Origin: Squalus acanthias
Lineage: Eukaryota
DNA: 64,000 nucleotides
NCBI GenBank assembly: GCA_030390025.1
Contig: CM059425.1
Location: forward strand, 177,198,001-177,262,000
Direction: 5' to 3'
Position numbers and translations under genes: made by a program. Under the pieces are notes generated by a model. That model saw only the letters and a program-made list of their open reading frames with translations, had not been told where the DNA came from and ran no database searches. Below, piece by piece: positions 12,443-24,029 of the stretch. Position 1 is the first letter of the stretch. Each line of letters starts with the position of its first letter.

Positions 12443-15400
12443 TTGGACTATAACCTGGTGTTGGGCGACTTCTCATTTTTGTCCACCCCAGTCCAACACC
12501 GGCATCTCCGCATCATGTCACAGGTGGGGCAGACGGTGGTTGAAGGGGCGGGTGGGTGGGGTGCTTGGGTTGACGTGCGCTCCTTCTGCTGTTTGCACTT
12601 GGCTTCCGCTTGCTCCCGGCAAAGAGACTCGAGATGTTCGGCGCCTTCCCGGATGCTTCTCCTCCACTTTGTGCGGTCTTGGGCCAGGAATGCCCAGGTG
12701 TCAGTGGGGATGTTGCACTTTTTCAAGGAGGCTTTGAGGGTGTCCTTGAAGCATTTCCTCTGCCCACTTGGGGCTCTCTTGCCGTGTCGGAGCTCCGAGT
12801 AGAGCGCTTGTTTTGGGAGTCTCGTATCGGGCATGTGGATGATGTGGCCCGTCTATCGGAGCTGATCGAGTGTGGTCAAAGCTTCGATGCTGGGGCTGTT
12901 GGCCTGAGCGAGAACACTGACGTTGGTGCGCCTATCCTGCCAATGGATTTGCAGGATCTTGCGGAAGCAGCATTGGTGGTACCTCTCCAGTGCTTTGAGG
13001 TGCCTGCTGTACATGGTCCATGTCTATGAAGCATACAGGAGGGCGGGTATCACTACTGCTCTGTAGACCATGGGCTTGGTGCTGGGTTTGAGGTCCTGGT
13101 CTTCAAACACTCTCTTCCTCAGGCGACCGAAGGCTGCACTGGCACACTGAAGGCGGTGTTGGACTTCGTCATCGACGTCTGCCCTTGTTGACAGTAGGCT
13201 CCCGAGGTATGGAAAGTGGTCCACGTTGTCCAAGGCCTCATCATGGATTTTGATAATCGGGGGGGCAGTACTGTGTGGCGGGGGCAGGTTGGTAAAGGAC
13301 CTTTGTCTTACGGATGTTTAGTGTAAGGCCCATGCTCTCGTATGCTTCGGTGAAGGTGTTGACGATGGTTTGGAGTTCGGCCTCAGAGTGTGCGCAGACG
13401 CAAGCGTCGTCTGCATACTGTAATTCGATGGCAGAGGATGGGGCGACCTTGGATCTGGACTGGAGGCGACGGAGGTTGAACAGTTTCCCATTTGTTCTGT
13501 AGATTAGCTCCACTCCAGCAGGGAGCTTACTGAGGGTGAGATGAAGCATTGCAGCCAGGAAGATTGAGAAGAGCGTTGGTGCGATGACACAGCCTTGCTT
13601 GACCCCAGTTCGTACATGAATTGGGTCTGTGGTGGATCAGTTGGTCAGGATCACAGCTTGCATGTTGTCGTGAAGCAGGCGGAGGATGGTGACAAACTTT
13701 TGAGGGCAGCCGAATTTGAGGAGGACACTCCATAATCCCTCATGGTTGACGGTGTCGAAGGCCTTTGTGAGGTCAAAGAAGGCCATGTACAGCAGTTGGT
13801 GCTGTTCCCTGCATTTCTCTTGTAGTTGACGCACGGTGAAGATCATGTCCATTGTGCCCCTTAGTAGGCGGAATCCACATTGCGACTCTGGGAGGAGATC
13901 TTCAGCCACTGGGAGAAGGAGACTGAGGAGGATTCTTGTGATGACTTTCCCTGTGGCAGACAGCAGGGAGACTCCTCTGTAATTACCACAATCGGACTTG
14001 TCACCTTTCTTGAAGATGGTCACGATTACAGTGTCTCTGAGATCCCCTGGCATGCTCTCCTTCCAAATAAGAGAAATTAGTTCATGTATTCGCGCCAATA
14101 GTGCTTCTCTGCCATGTTTTAGCACCTCGGCGGGGATTCCATCTGATCTTGAGGCCTTGTTGTTCTTCAGTTGTCGGATGGCCTTTTCAACCTCATGCCG
14201 GGCTGGGGTTGTGCTGAGGTGGTGGGTAGCATGCTGCGGGATGGAGTTGAGGACACTCGCGTCGAAGACAGATTCTCGGTTAAGGAGATCTTCAAAGTGT
14301 TCCTTCCAGCGGGCACTGACTGCCTCTCTGTCCTTGATGCGTACCTCTCCGTTCTTAGCCCGCAGTGGGGTAGGTCCTTGGGTGCTTGGGCCGTAGGTGG
14401 TCTTGACTGCGCTAAAGAATCCACGCACATCGTGGTTGTCGGCTAGCTGCTGGATCTCCTGCACTTTCTCCACCCGCCATCTGTTCTTTAGGTTGCGAGT
14501 TTTTTGTTGGATCTCGGCCTTCAGGCGTCTGTAGAGCTATTTTCTTGCTCTCTAGTTCTGTTGCTGTCTCCAGATCAGGAATGCCTTGCACTTGCAGCTT
14601 ATTAGCTCCTGGATCTCCTGGTCATTCTCGTTGAACCAGTCTTGGTGTTTCCTGGTCGAGTGACCGAGCGTCTCTTCACAGGTGCTGATTATGGAGGCCT
14701 TGAGTGCAGACCAGGCACTGTGGACACTCTGTGTCTCTGAATCACTGGGAGTCGTCAGGTTGTTTGTGAGGCGCAGGCTGAATAGGGCTTTCTTAGCAGG
14801 GTCTTTGAGTGCTCCAGCGTTGATTTTCCTGCGGAATTGCTTCTGTTGCCACCGCTGTTTTGGGGCTATGTTGATGGAGATGACAGAGCGGATTAGGCGG
14901 TGGTCTGTCCAGCAGTGGTCAGCTCGCTTGGGCGATCACGTAGTCCAGCAGATGCCAGTGCTTGGAGCGAGGGTGTTGCCATGAAGCCTTGTACTTGTCT
15001 CTCTGACGGAACAAGGTGTTGGTTATGACAAGGCCATGTTCTAAGCATTTCGTCAGGAGGAGGGTTGGAGTTGGCTTTCCCTACCCTCTCTCTGCCGATT
15101 ACACCTCCCCAGAGGTCTGTGTCCTTTCCAACTCTGGCGTTGAAGTCGCCAAGGAGGATCAGCTTGTCGCCCGTTGGGACTCGGGACAGGGATTGTTCGA
15201 GGCTGGAGTAGAATTCCTCTTTGGTCTCGTCTGTGGCTTTCAGTGTTGGGGCATACGTAGTGCACTGGTTCCGGGCTAGGGTGAGCCGTAGAGTCATGAG
15301 GCGTTCGTTTATTCCACAAGGGCAGTCTCTGAGACGTTTAACTAGCTCATTTTCTATGGCGAAGCCTACCCCATGGAGGCGGCGTTCTTCGTCCGGTTTG

Positions 15401-15869
15401 CCTCTCCAGAAGAAGGTGTAACCACCACCTTGCTCCTTGAGCTGGCCTTCCCCTTCCCGCTGGGTCTCGCTTAGGGCGGCGATGTCTATGTCGAAACGTC
15501 TGAGCTCCCGGGCAATGATAGCAGTACGGCGTTCCGGTCTGTCGCTGTTGGGGTTGTCCATGAGGGTCCTGACGTCCCAGGTCCCGAACTTCATTTTAAG
15601 GGGTGGAAGATGCCTGTGCATGAATTCTTTTAACGTGGGGTGGCTGTTGCACACCAGCTACCACACGGGCTTGACAGAGCAAGGCCTTGGTCCAATGGCA
15701 AGGGGATCCAAGACGATTGGAGATGAGGCTCTGCTACATCGGCCTAGCACACACACACAAACATACTCCAACTGTCCTCCTCCCTCCTTCCCGCAGGTCC
15801 TCTCTGCCTGGGTTTCATAGGCTGCGGTGTGGTCCTCCCGACCCCGCTGCTGGTCCATGCTGCGCCACT

Positions 15870-16140
15870 CCTGGGCCTCGACCTCGCTGCTGGCCTCGAC
15901 CTCGCTCCTGGGCCTCGTCCTCGCTCCTGGGTCCCGACCTCGCTCCTGGGCCTCGTCCTCGCTCCTGGGTCCCGACCTCGCCCTGGACCCCGACCTCGCT
16001 CCTGGGTCCCGACCTCGCCCTGGGCCTCGTCCTCGCTCCTGGGCCTCGTCCTCGTTCCTGGGTCCCGACCTCGCCCTGTGCCTCGTCCTCGCTCCTGGGT
16101 CCCGACCTCGCTCCTGGGCCTCGGCCTCGCTCCTGCGTCC
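15870..16140 (-). repeat. About 19-bp CpG-rich tandem repeat in the RTE 5' UTR
   Basis: Alternating CTCGCTCCTGGGCCTCGTC and CTCGCTCCTGGGTCCCGAC units. Confidence 0.85.
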
Positions 16141-16189
16141 TGACCTCCTTATAGTGTGTCTCCTTCCAGTGAGTGGCCACATTCCTCAA

Positions 16190-16374
16190 GACAAGATGCG
16201 CCCTGCTCTGGCTACGGCATCTCCCACTTCCCTCCCGATCTCGGCCAGCACTGCCTCCTCAAGGGAAGTGATGTCATGAAGTCGTGCATCCCCTCTCCCG
16301 GTTAGGTCTTGCTGCCGCCTGTTATCTTGTCCTGGAAGAGAACAAATGGTGATTGTGAATGAATGTATTGGTAG

Positions 16375-16413
<39 letters not shown>

Positions 16414-16834
16414 CTCACGTGGTAAAGATCTGTGAAGTGTGAGGTGTGAGTAGTGCCTGTGAAGGATGCAATAGAGTGGGGTGTGTGAATGTCAGTGTAA
16501 AGTTAGAAGGTAGATTAAGTGCGTCGACGTTGTGATGCTGATGGTGATGGTGCAATTATTGAGAAGTGTCTTTGTGAGATGGAATCTTACCTTGACCACT
16601 CTTGCCAAGTCATTAAATTTCTTGCTGCACTGGAGCCATGTCCTGCGGCCAGGGTTCCTGGCTGTGATCTCCTCGGCGATCTCCTCCCACATGCGGTGCA
16701 GCAGCTGCCTCTGTGGCCTCCTTCCCCTCTGCGGGTAGAGGACATTCCTCCTCCTCCTCTCTACCGTCCTCCAGTAGGACCTCCAGTGCCACATCGGAGA
16801 ACCTGGGCACCCTCTCTCTTGCTACTTGCGACAT
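16190..16834 (-). pseudogene. H2 Myb/SANT-like gene exons 1-2
   Basis: MSQVARERVPRFSDVALEVLL...WEEIAEEI...RTWLQCSKKFNDLARVVK|GTAAG; (CA)n in the intron. Confidence 0.8.
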
Positions 16835-16867
16835 CTTTCCACTCCCAGCCTTTGCACTCCATGTGTC

Positions 16868-17135
16868 AGCCGTGGATCAATGGGTAGCACATTTGCCTCT
16901 GAGTCAGAAGGCTGTGGGTTCAAGTCCCACTCCAGGGTCTTGAGCACAAAAATCTAGGCTGATACTTCAATGCATTACTGAGTACTCCAGTCTTTTGGAT
17001 AAGATGTTAAACCGAGGCCCCGTCTGCTCTCTCAGGGGAATGTAATTGATCCTATGGCACTATTTCGAGGAAGAGCAGGGGAGTTATCCCTGGTGTCCTA
17101 GCCAATCAACAATATTAAATCAACACTACTAAAAC
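16868..17135 (+). mobile_element. tRNA-derived Deu-domain SINE (SacSINE-like)
   Basis: tRNA-like head with GGTTCAAGTCCC, then GATGTTAAACCGAGGCCCCGTCTGCTCTCTCAGG...GAAGAGCAGGGGAGTT. Confidence 0.7.
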
Positions 17136-17511
17136 AGCTTGAGTGCTAAACCTGCAGTTGTTGGTTTCAGTGCCTGCAGGCATGTTCAAATCATGATAAT
17201 CATCAATTAATCCGAAAATTGTGTGCTAAATCTTGACTTTCAAACAGGCATTTCTTATTAGCACAGCAGCCATTAAATGTCTGTTTTTCATCCTATGGCC
17301 AAAATAGCCCCCTCTGTCTCTGTAAATGGCCACTGGAAAATGTATACTTTTGAATTTTAGAAAATATATGAAACAGAAAATGGGGACATACAGCACCTGA
17401 ATTTAAACACACATCTTTATCACACACCAATAGCACTCTGTGACTGTGCCCAGCAATAGTGGACTGCAAGGAGTGGTAACAGATGGTCTTGTCCCTCACA
17501 AGAATGACAAT

Positions 17512-17634
17512 GGGGGTGAAGTTGGTCTTCACCAATTGAAGTCAATGAGAAAGAAAATTGGGCACAGTGTAAAATTCGCAGCCAATTCACTACAAGTTTG
17601 TTTTGCATTACTAATGTAGACCAATTTCACCTCC
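17512..17634. mobile_element. 123-bp Harbinger-type MITE
   Basis: TIRs GGGGGTGAAGTTGGTCT and AGACCAATTTCACCTCC; 3-bp TSD AAT. Confidence 0.75.
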
Positions 17635-17744
17635 AATGAGCCGACTTCTTCAAAGGCCATCTAGTGCCAAGACATGAGGGAGCTTGTAGGCCTGTGCCCA
17701 GTATTGCTTGACATAGCAAGAGAAAGGATACCCGATGTTTCTCC

Positions 17745-18688
17745 AGAGCGGCGGCGGACCTGCGGGAAACCAGGCGGCGGCGGCGGGACTCAAAAGAGGC
17801 GGCAGAGACCAGGTAGGCCTCACCAATCTCCGAGCTCAGAGGGAGGGAGAGAAGTAAAAAGTAAACGAAGTGTGATGTCACCAGAAAGCAGGTAAGTGAT
17901 TGGTTGGTGAGTATTTCTCTCTTTTTAAACTTAAACTCTGTGGTTTATAGTTTCTAAGCTCTCTGTGGTTTAGTGGGGACTGTATATCCCTTAAGTATAT
18001 CATTTAACTGTAGTGTAATTGGTGGGATTGATTTGATAGGTCTGAGAGCAGTGGAGGCAGCCCGAGGAGTGGCGAGCGGCGGTATAAAGGTGAGCTAGCG
18101 GTATTTTCCCTAATTCAGGTCCGGGAGAGGGAAGCAAAAAACAATCGAACTGTGACGTCACCAAGAAGCAGGTAAGTGATTGGTTGGTGAGTATTTTCCT
18201 TCTAATTTTTTCTGAACTTAAAATTCATAAGGCTGATACCTGGGATGGCAGGAATGACATATGAGGAGAGATTGGGTCGATTGGGCTTATACTCGCTGGA
18301 GTATAGAAGAATGAGAGGGGATCTGACAGGTTTGGACAAACTAGATGCAGGAAGAATGTTCCCGATGGTCGGAGAGTCCAGAACCAGGGGTCATAATCTA
18401 AGGATAACGGGTAAGCCATTTAGGACAGAAATGAGGAAGAATTTCTTCACCCAGAGAGTGGTGAACCTGTGGAATTCTCTACCACAGAAGGTAGTTGAGG
18501 CCAAGTCATTAAATATATTCAAGAATGAGTTAGATATATTTCTTAAAGCTAAAGGTATCAAGGGATATGGGGAGAAGGCAGGTACAGGGTACTGAGTTTG
18601 GATGATCAGCCATGATCTCATCGAATGGCGGAGCAGGCTCGAGAGGCCGAATGGCCTACTCCTGCTCCTATCTTCTATGTTTCTATAT
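17745..18688 (+). mobile_element. CR1 5'-UTR-like sequence joined directly to a CR1 3' end
   Basis: 17745-18220 shares motifs with the CR1 5' UTR at 50065-50290; 18223-18688 is almost identical to 58381-58846. Confidence 0.75.
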
Positions 18689-21131
18689 AAGTGTTTTTTC
18701 CTTTGTAGTTAAATAAATGAGATGGGGGGTGAGCAGAAAGAAATATTACAATAAAAGTACTCCCACAGACTTATTTTAAACCATTTCATTTTGATTGGCT
18801 GTTTTCCCATCTAGCATTATCTACTCATTCAACTTCTGCATTTTTTTCATATTCATTCTCGGGATGTGGGCGTCGCTGGCAAGGCCGGCATTTATTGCCC
18901 GTCGCTAATTACCTTGGAGAAGGCAATGATGAGCCGCCGGCTTGAACCACTGCAATCCGTGTGGTAAAGGTGCCCCCGCAATGCCATAAGTAGGGAGTTC
19001 GAAGATTATGACCCAAAATTTTGACTCTTACGATTTTAAAGCCAGCTCTTCTGAGCTCCATGAACAAGAAGCAGGTGTCTACCACTGTACAATTGCACAT
19101 GACAGACAGACAGAACTGGGTTATAGAACTAATGTGGTTTCTGGTTAAATAAACTACTTTCACTACCTTATCAGGGTTGATCTCTGGCACATTCCAACAG
19201 CAACCCAGACTTCCACTTTCCTCCGAATAGATAGAACACTACAATATCCCATTTTGAAATAAAAGCACAAAATGCTGGAAATGCACAAGTAAATCAGTGC
19301 CTGAGAAAGAAAGATCAGTTAATATTTCAGGTAGAATTCTCCATCAGAGCCTAGCTTTCAGATGCTGATGACTGATGTACATTTTTTGTTTTTATGTCGG
19401 ATTTCCAGTATCTGCTGTTTTCTTTACAGAGGTGTTTATGTTGGCAATTCAATGCTGATGGTCATACATTCTGTTGTGCAACTACACAATTAAACAATGC
19501 ATCTCATTCTTCGTACTCATAACTGGGACATTCAGGGCGTGAAATTGGATAAAGCTGAAAAATGGGTGCAGGGAGCGTGATCTGCCCGTGTCCATTCAAA
19601 GTGCTGCAGGCAGCATGCAAAATTCATGCTGCCTGCTCATTAACATGATTGGAGTGCTGATTTCACGCTAAACGTGCTGCTGGTTGGCTTAGCACTCAAC
19701 GGGGGGGGGGGGGCAATATCGGGTGCAGTCTACTGGCCAATAAAATTTGACCTAGGCTCCCTGCACTACTTAAAGGGGAGGTGCTTTGTTGGAAAGCACC
19801 TTATTGTCACTCTGAAGCCATGGTCTAACAGGGAAGAGAGGGCAAGGACGTTCTCAGATACGGCACTGGAGGCCTTGGTCCTGGGGTGCACAGAAGACGA
19901 CAGGTCCTCTACCTGCAGCGAGGCAGGAGGCCTTCCAGGCAACACGCCAGAAGACAGTGGGAGGAGATAGCAGAAGCCGTCCGTGCTAAGTGTTGTCCCC
20001 AGGACCTGGATCCTGTGCCGCAAGAGGTTTAATGACAAGTGGTCAAGATGAATGAATTCATCTTCAAATGCCATATCCCACCAAGTGCACCACTAGCCTT
20101 ACACACTGCTCAATGCACCACACCCCCATCACTCACCTACCAACAATCTCTACCAAACACGACTCATATCTCACAGTCATAGTTTCATCTCACCCTCACA
20201 CACTTACCACTGCTGCAAGACTCACACCCACATCTCACACCTTGCACACAATGCCAGCTATTCAACCATAACAGGCACATCACCCAATCACATTGCACCA
20301 CACTCACTGACACACTTCCCTTTCTCTTGCAGGCAAAGGTGGCTCACAACCGCCGGGATCAGCAGCAGATGGGTGGAGGGGAAGCCCGACTGCAGAACCT
20401 CACTGAGCTGGAGGAGAAGGTGCTGGAGATCATTGGAGGGGCCGTCACTGAGGTTGTGGTGAGCAACGAGATTGAAAGCCTGGCTGATGATGGTATTTTC
20501 ATACCTAATTATTCTTCTCCTATCCCACTTCCCCCTCATCCCACAATCTCTTCTCACTTGCAAGCTGCTGATGGTGTAACAATGCAGATCTTGCTTTTGC
20601 CCCTCCACTCATCACAATCCGACCCTTGTGCCTTTCTCCTTTCAGATACTCAAGAACCGCCACCAGCCCAGCCTGTCCCTAACGTTAGAGGAGGAGAGTG
20701 AAGGAGAAGAAGAGGCACTGTCACTCACTCTGAGACTCCCAGACCAGCTCAGAAAATGGCACTGCGGGTACTTTAGAGGGTAGTATAGAGACGGGATCTG
20801 CATGTGGTGAGTCACTGGGCACGAGTGGGCTGCAGCTTTGCCTGGGGGAAAGGGTAGCTCAGATGCCAGCTCCCTGGAGGGTGAGTTTGCGTGCGAGTTC
20901 TGCTGCACACGACTCAGATGAGGCCTTCGATGGGGCGGCCTTCAGAAGAAGGGTGATGGGTCTGCACACAGAAATCCTAGCTGCAATGGCAGGCCTGCCA
21001 GACAGCCTCTTGTCAGTGTCAAGGAGCATGGAGGAGTCCAGCTCCAACATTGCATGGGGCTTTGCGTGGATTTGGAGCCCATGATTTCCAGGATGCAAAT
21101 GATGTGCAACTCCATTAGGACACTTGTGGTC

Positions 21132-21274
21132 CAATGTTCCCTTTAATATTTTTTTGGCGGCGTGGCTGCTTAGGCAGGCTACATGGCCCATTCAAAATTC
21201 CACACAAGTGTATTTTTTTCAATTTAAAAGCCGGCTCACCGGCTGCGTGGGACCTGCAGGGAAAGAGAATGCTG
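21132..21274. mobile_element. hAT-like MITE
   Basis: Starts CAATGTTCCCTTTAA; degenerate 8-bp TSD TTGTGGTC/GTGTGGAC; related ends at 48967-49233. Confidence 0.55.
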
Positions 21275-21603
21275 GTGTGGACCCAACCATGATGTTGGGT
21301 GTGATGGGCAATGTCGCAGCTTCCATTGCAGCACAAGTGGAAGCGACCCAATGTCTCATTGCCTGAGTGGAAGCTCAGACTGCTCTCATGCAGGCTCAGC
21401 TGGTTGCCACACTAGCTCGGAATGATGCCATCGTGGTTGGGTTTACAAGTGTGGAAAGGGGCTTGCAGGGTCTCACAGCAGTCCAGCAATCTGTCCTCCA
21501 ACAGACGACTAGGAATGCTGAGGTACCGCCCCAGGGGAGTGGCAGTGGCTCCGTGGAGCAAGAACCTGCTGTCCTGTCTCAGGATGACAGTGTAAGAAAT
21601 AGC

Positions 21604-21842
21604 AAACGCCGGAAAAACTCAGCAGGCCAGGCAGCATCTGTGGAGAGAGAAACAGAGTTAACGTTTCAGGTCGAAGACCTTTCGTCAGAACTGGAAAAAA
21701 GCAGGCAGTTCTGATGAAAGGTCTTCGACCTGAAATGTTAACTCTGTTTCTCTCTCTCCACAGATGCTGCCTGGCCTGCTGAGTTTTTCCAGTGTTTTCT
21801 GTTGTTATTTCGGATTTCCAGCATCCGCAGTATTTTGCTATC
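21604..21842. mobile_element. Short palindromic Penelope derivative with two opposed hammerhead motifs (21656-21692 on -, 21707-21743 on +)
   Basis: AGTT-CTGA(T/C)GA-A-AGGTC(TTC)GACCT-GAAA-(T/C)G-TT-AACT; 14-bp TSD GTGTAA(G/C)AAATAGC. Confidence 0.8.
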
Positions 21843-21959
21843 GTGTAACAAATAGCTGTTGGATTCAAAGATGGGTTTTATTTCTCAGAACAGAAACTGA
21901 AATGATTGTAAGACTGAATTTAACTGTGACTGTAATAATTGTGTTTTGTAGGTAACAGA

Positions 21960-22436
21960 GCGTGGGAAAAACCAGTGCGAATCCAGTATGAGGTGGTTTT
22001 GGTGGTGCCTCCTGTGTCACTACTACCGCAACTACCATGCTTTACGGGTCTAACAGGACCTGTCCCATCAATCAACACGTTTTACATAATATCGAAACCT
22101 ATGCTCAAGTGAAACTGACAGTAAATGAGATACTTAAGTATGAGCTGCACAATTATGTGGCACAATTCGGATACTACATTCCCCTGTTGTTTGAGGGTTT
22201 CAGTGAGCTCGTGATGCGACTGAACTCCTCCCTAAAGCATTTTTATGTTTTGGAGCAAGACAACTCGAGAATAGATATTGAAATTGACAGCATAGGGGAC
22301 AACTCACACTGGTGGGATATTGGGCTTAATATATCAGCACACCCTTACGGTTCGTATTATTTCACACGCTCTGGTAGTTATCCAACTTGTAATGATAGTG
22401 TATTTGATATATGTAACGTGTGGAGTAAGACTTTGA
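21960..22436 (+). pseudogene. Envelope-like glycoprotein C-terminal remnant
   Basis: Heptad-like FSELVMRLNSSLKHFYVLEQDNSRIDIEIDSI, then HWWDIGLNISAHP and, after a frameshift, hydrophobic VRIISHALVVIQLVMIVYLIYV; lies just upstream of the PPT. Confidence 0.6.
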
Positions 22437-22803
22437 TACATAAGCCAATTGGGTACTCATGCCCATGACTAACCAGCACTAACAAATTAATTGAGCACAC
22501 CGAAAGAGAAGATCCGAAGCAATGTAGAGGAGACCCCAGGCGGGGTAACATCAGGAAAGATAGAAGAAACAGAGGATACCCCAGGCGGGGCAGAATTGGA
22601 ACACTGGAACAGTGAATTGAATTTGAGTAAGGGGTCAGAGGTTGCTCCTCCCCCTCAAAGGAATGGACTGTAAGGAAGGGAGAAATCTTCAAGACTCCCT
22701 ACTAACTAACGCCCAAGTTGGGAGAGCAATAAGAACTAGCTAGATTAGTCAAGAGCCGATTGTGAGAAGTCAATAAGGATATTTCCTTCTCAAAGAAGGG
22801 AAT

Positions 22804-23580
22804 TGTAAGAAATAGCTGTTAGATTCAAAGATGGGTTTTAATTCTTAGAACAGAGACTGACAACATGCAGCAGGGAACAGATAGCAGAAATGCCAGCAAG
22901 GTCGAATATCAAGCATCAAAAGACAAATAGAAGTGATAAGGGAATCATAAAATGCAAAACAACACAGGGTGGGGGATAATAGACAAAAATGGAGCCGAAA
23001 AGTCATAAAATGTCCTTAAAGAAACATAACAAAACATTCCTCAGAAAGATAAGAGGGAGGCCTTGTCAGTCATGCAGAAAGGGACGGAGAGGGATGCCTT
23101 CCCGCTTCACAATTGGACAATAGGATGGGGGATCAAATGATTGACACCAGGTGATTACCAGCCCACCGAAATAACTATAAATATAGACGACCGAGAGAGG
23201 AAATCAGGCAGTTAGGGGCGAAGGCTTCCCCGAGGAGGCTACGGCCTAACACCTTGGTCAAGTTTAGCCTCTGAGGTGGGTGATGGCCTAACACCTCCAA
23301 CAGCTCGAGGGATGACCCAACGGAAGTGACCGCTGCAGCAGCCTGCAGGAATCCACCCAATCCGAGACCACCGTACTGCCTCCCCGTCCGTCCGGTTGTG
23401 GCATTCTGATTCGGGAGTCGTAGATCGCTCCTACTGTCATGGGTTGTATGTCTATTATACTCGGCTTAAACCATATGTAATACCTGATTATGCTTTAAAA
23501 CTGTAGCTCTTTAATAAAAGCCTTACAACTTCTAAAACCCTTTTGGTAATCTGTGTGTGGCCTGTGATCCGGATCTTACA
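22804..23580 (+). repeat. 3' LTR (777 bp)
   Basis: First ~57 bp match the 5' LTR stub at 21844-21900; TG...CA ends. Confidence 0.85.
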
Positions 23581-24029
23581 ACAGCATTCCTACTCCCACT
23601 CCGCCAGTGCTATCGCTGCTGCCTGTCAGCCAGCCAACCCGGACTGCTGCCACCCATGCCGAGCTGGTGCAGTCTACAGCCAGGCCTTCTAGGCCCAGAG
23701 CTGCTCAAGCTTGTCCTTCAAGGCCATCTGCCATCTCCTGCACTGAAATTCAGCAGCCTTCCACCAACCATGCTGTAGACACTGGGGTAGCACTGCGTAG
23801 GAGCACTAGAGTAGTCAAAGGAAACAAAAGACAGACACTAAGGGAATGCACAAGGGTGATTAGTTGACGTTGTTGTGTAGTTTGGTATTGATTAATTTAT
23901 AAATTATGTTTGGAATGTTTGTTTTGTGGTGGTTCTCATTTCAGCTTTGTGCCCAAGAGGACGCTGTGATATTCCGTGACAGAGGGATGGTGAGGTGGGG
24001 AAGTGCTGGGCAACAGGGATCTGGGATTT

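Larger units (their letters stand above)
9271..12515 (+). mobile_element. Penelope-like element, 5'-truncated, with inverted 5' pseudo-LTR
   Basis: RT + GIY-YIG ORF; 9271-~9789 is the reverse complement of the 3' end; TSD TGTCACAGGTGG at 9259-9270 and 12516-12527. Confidence 0.93.
8714..16171 (-). mobile_element. Near full-length RTE-clade LINE (EN + RT), inserted in an intron of the H2 SANT gene
   Basis: MKFGTWDVRTL, DIAALSET, LLGDFNARVG, LPESQCGFR, FFDLTKAFDTV, LQYADD, FPYLGS; (AGA)n-like tail; TSD AGTGGCCACA at 8704-8713 and 16172-16181. Confidence 0.92.
21591..23580 (+). mobile_element. Internally deleted LTR retroelement/ERV: 5' LTR stub, env remnant, polypurine tract, full 3' LTR
   Basis: TGTAAG...CTTACA termini; 4-bp TSD ACAG (21587-21590, 23581-23584); PPT AAAGAAGGGAAT before the 3' LTR at 22804; TATA-like site ~23176 and AATAAA ~23513. 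Confidence 0.85.
19819..23867 (+). pseudogene. H3 Myb/SANT-like gene (3 exons; exon 3 interrupted by a hAT MITE and an LTR element)
   Basis: RARTFSDTALEALV, PRTWILCRKRFND, AKVAHNRRDQQQMGGG, FRRRVMGLH...MEES, ALRRSTR. Confidence 0.8.

Noticed and set aside
15674..15735. HDV-like ribozyme in the RTE 5' UTR
   Set aside because: No P1.1/P4/J4-2 catalytic-C arrangement could be fitted; kept only as a generic structure candidate
15658..16279. Several overlapping Arg/Pro-rich ORFs
   Set aside because: By-products of a GC-rich tandem repeat lacking stop codons
19255..19430. Additional hammerhead (CTGATGGA...GAAATATTAACT on minus)
   Set aside because: Old Penelope-derived remnant with a broken core and stem II; not counted as a ribozyme
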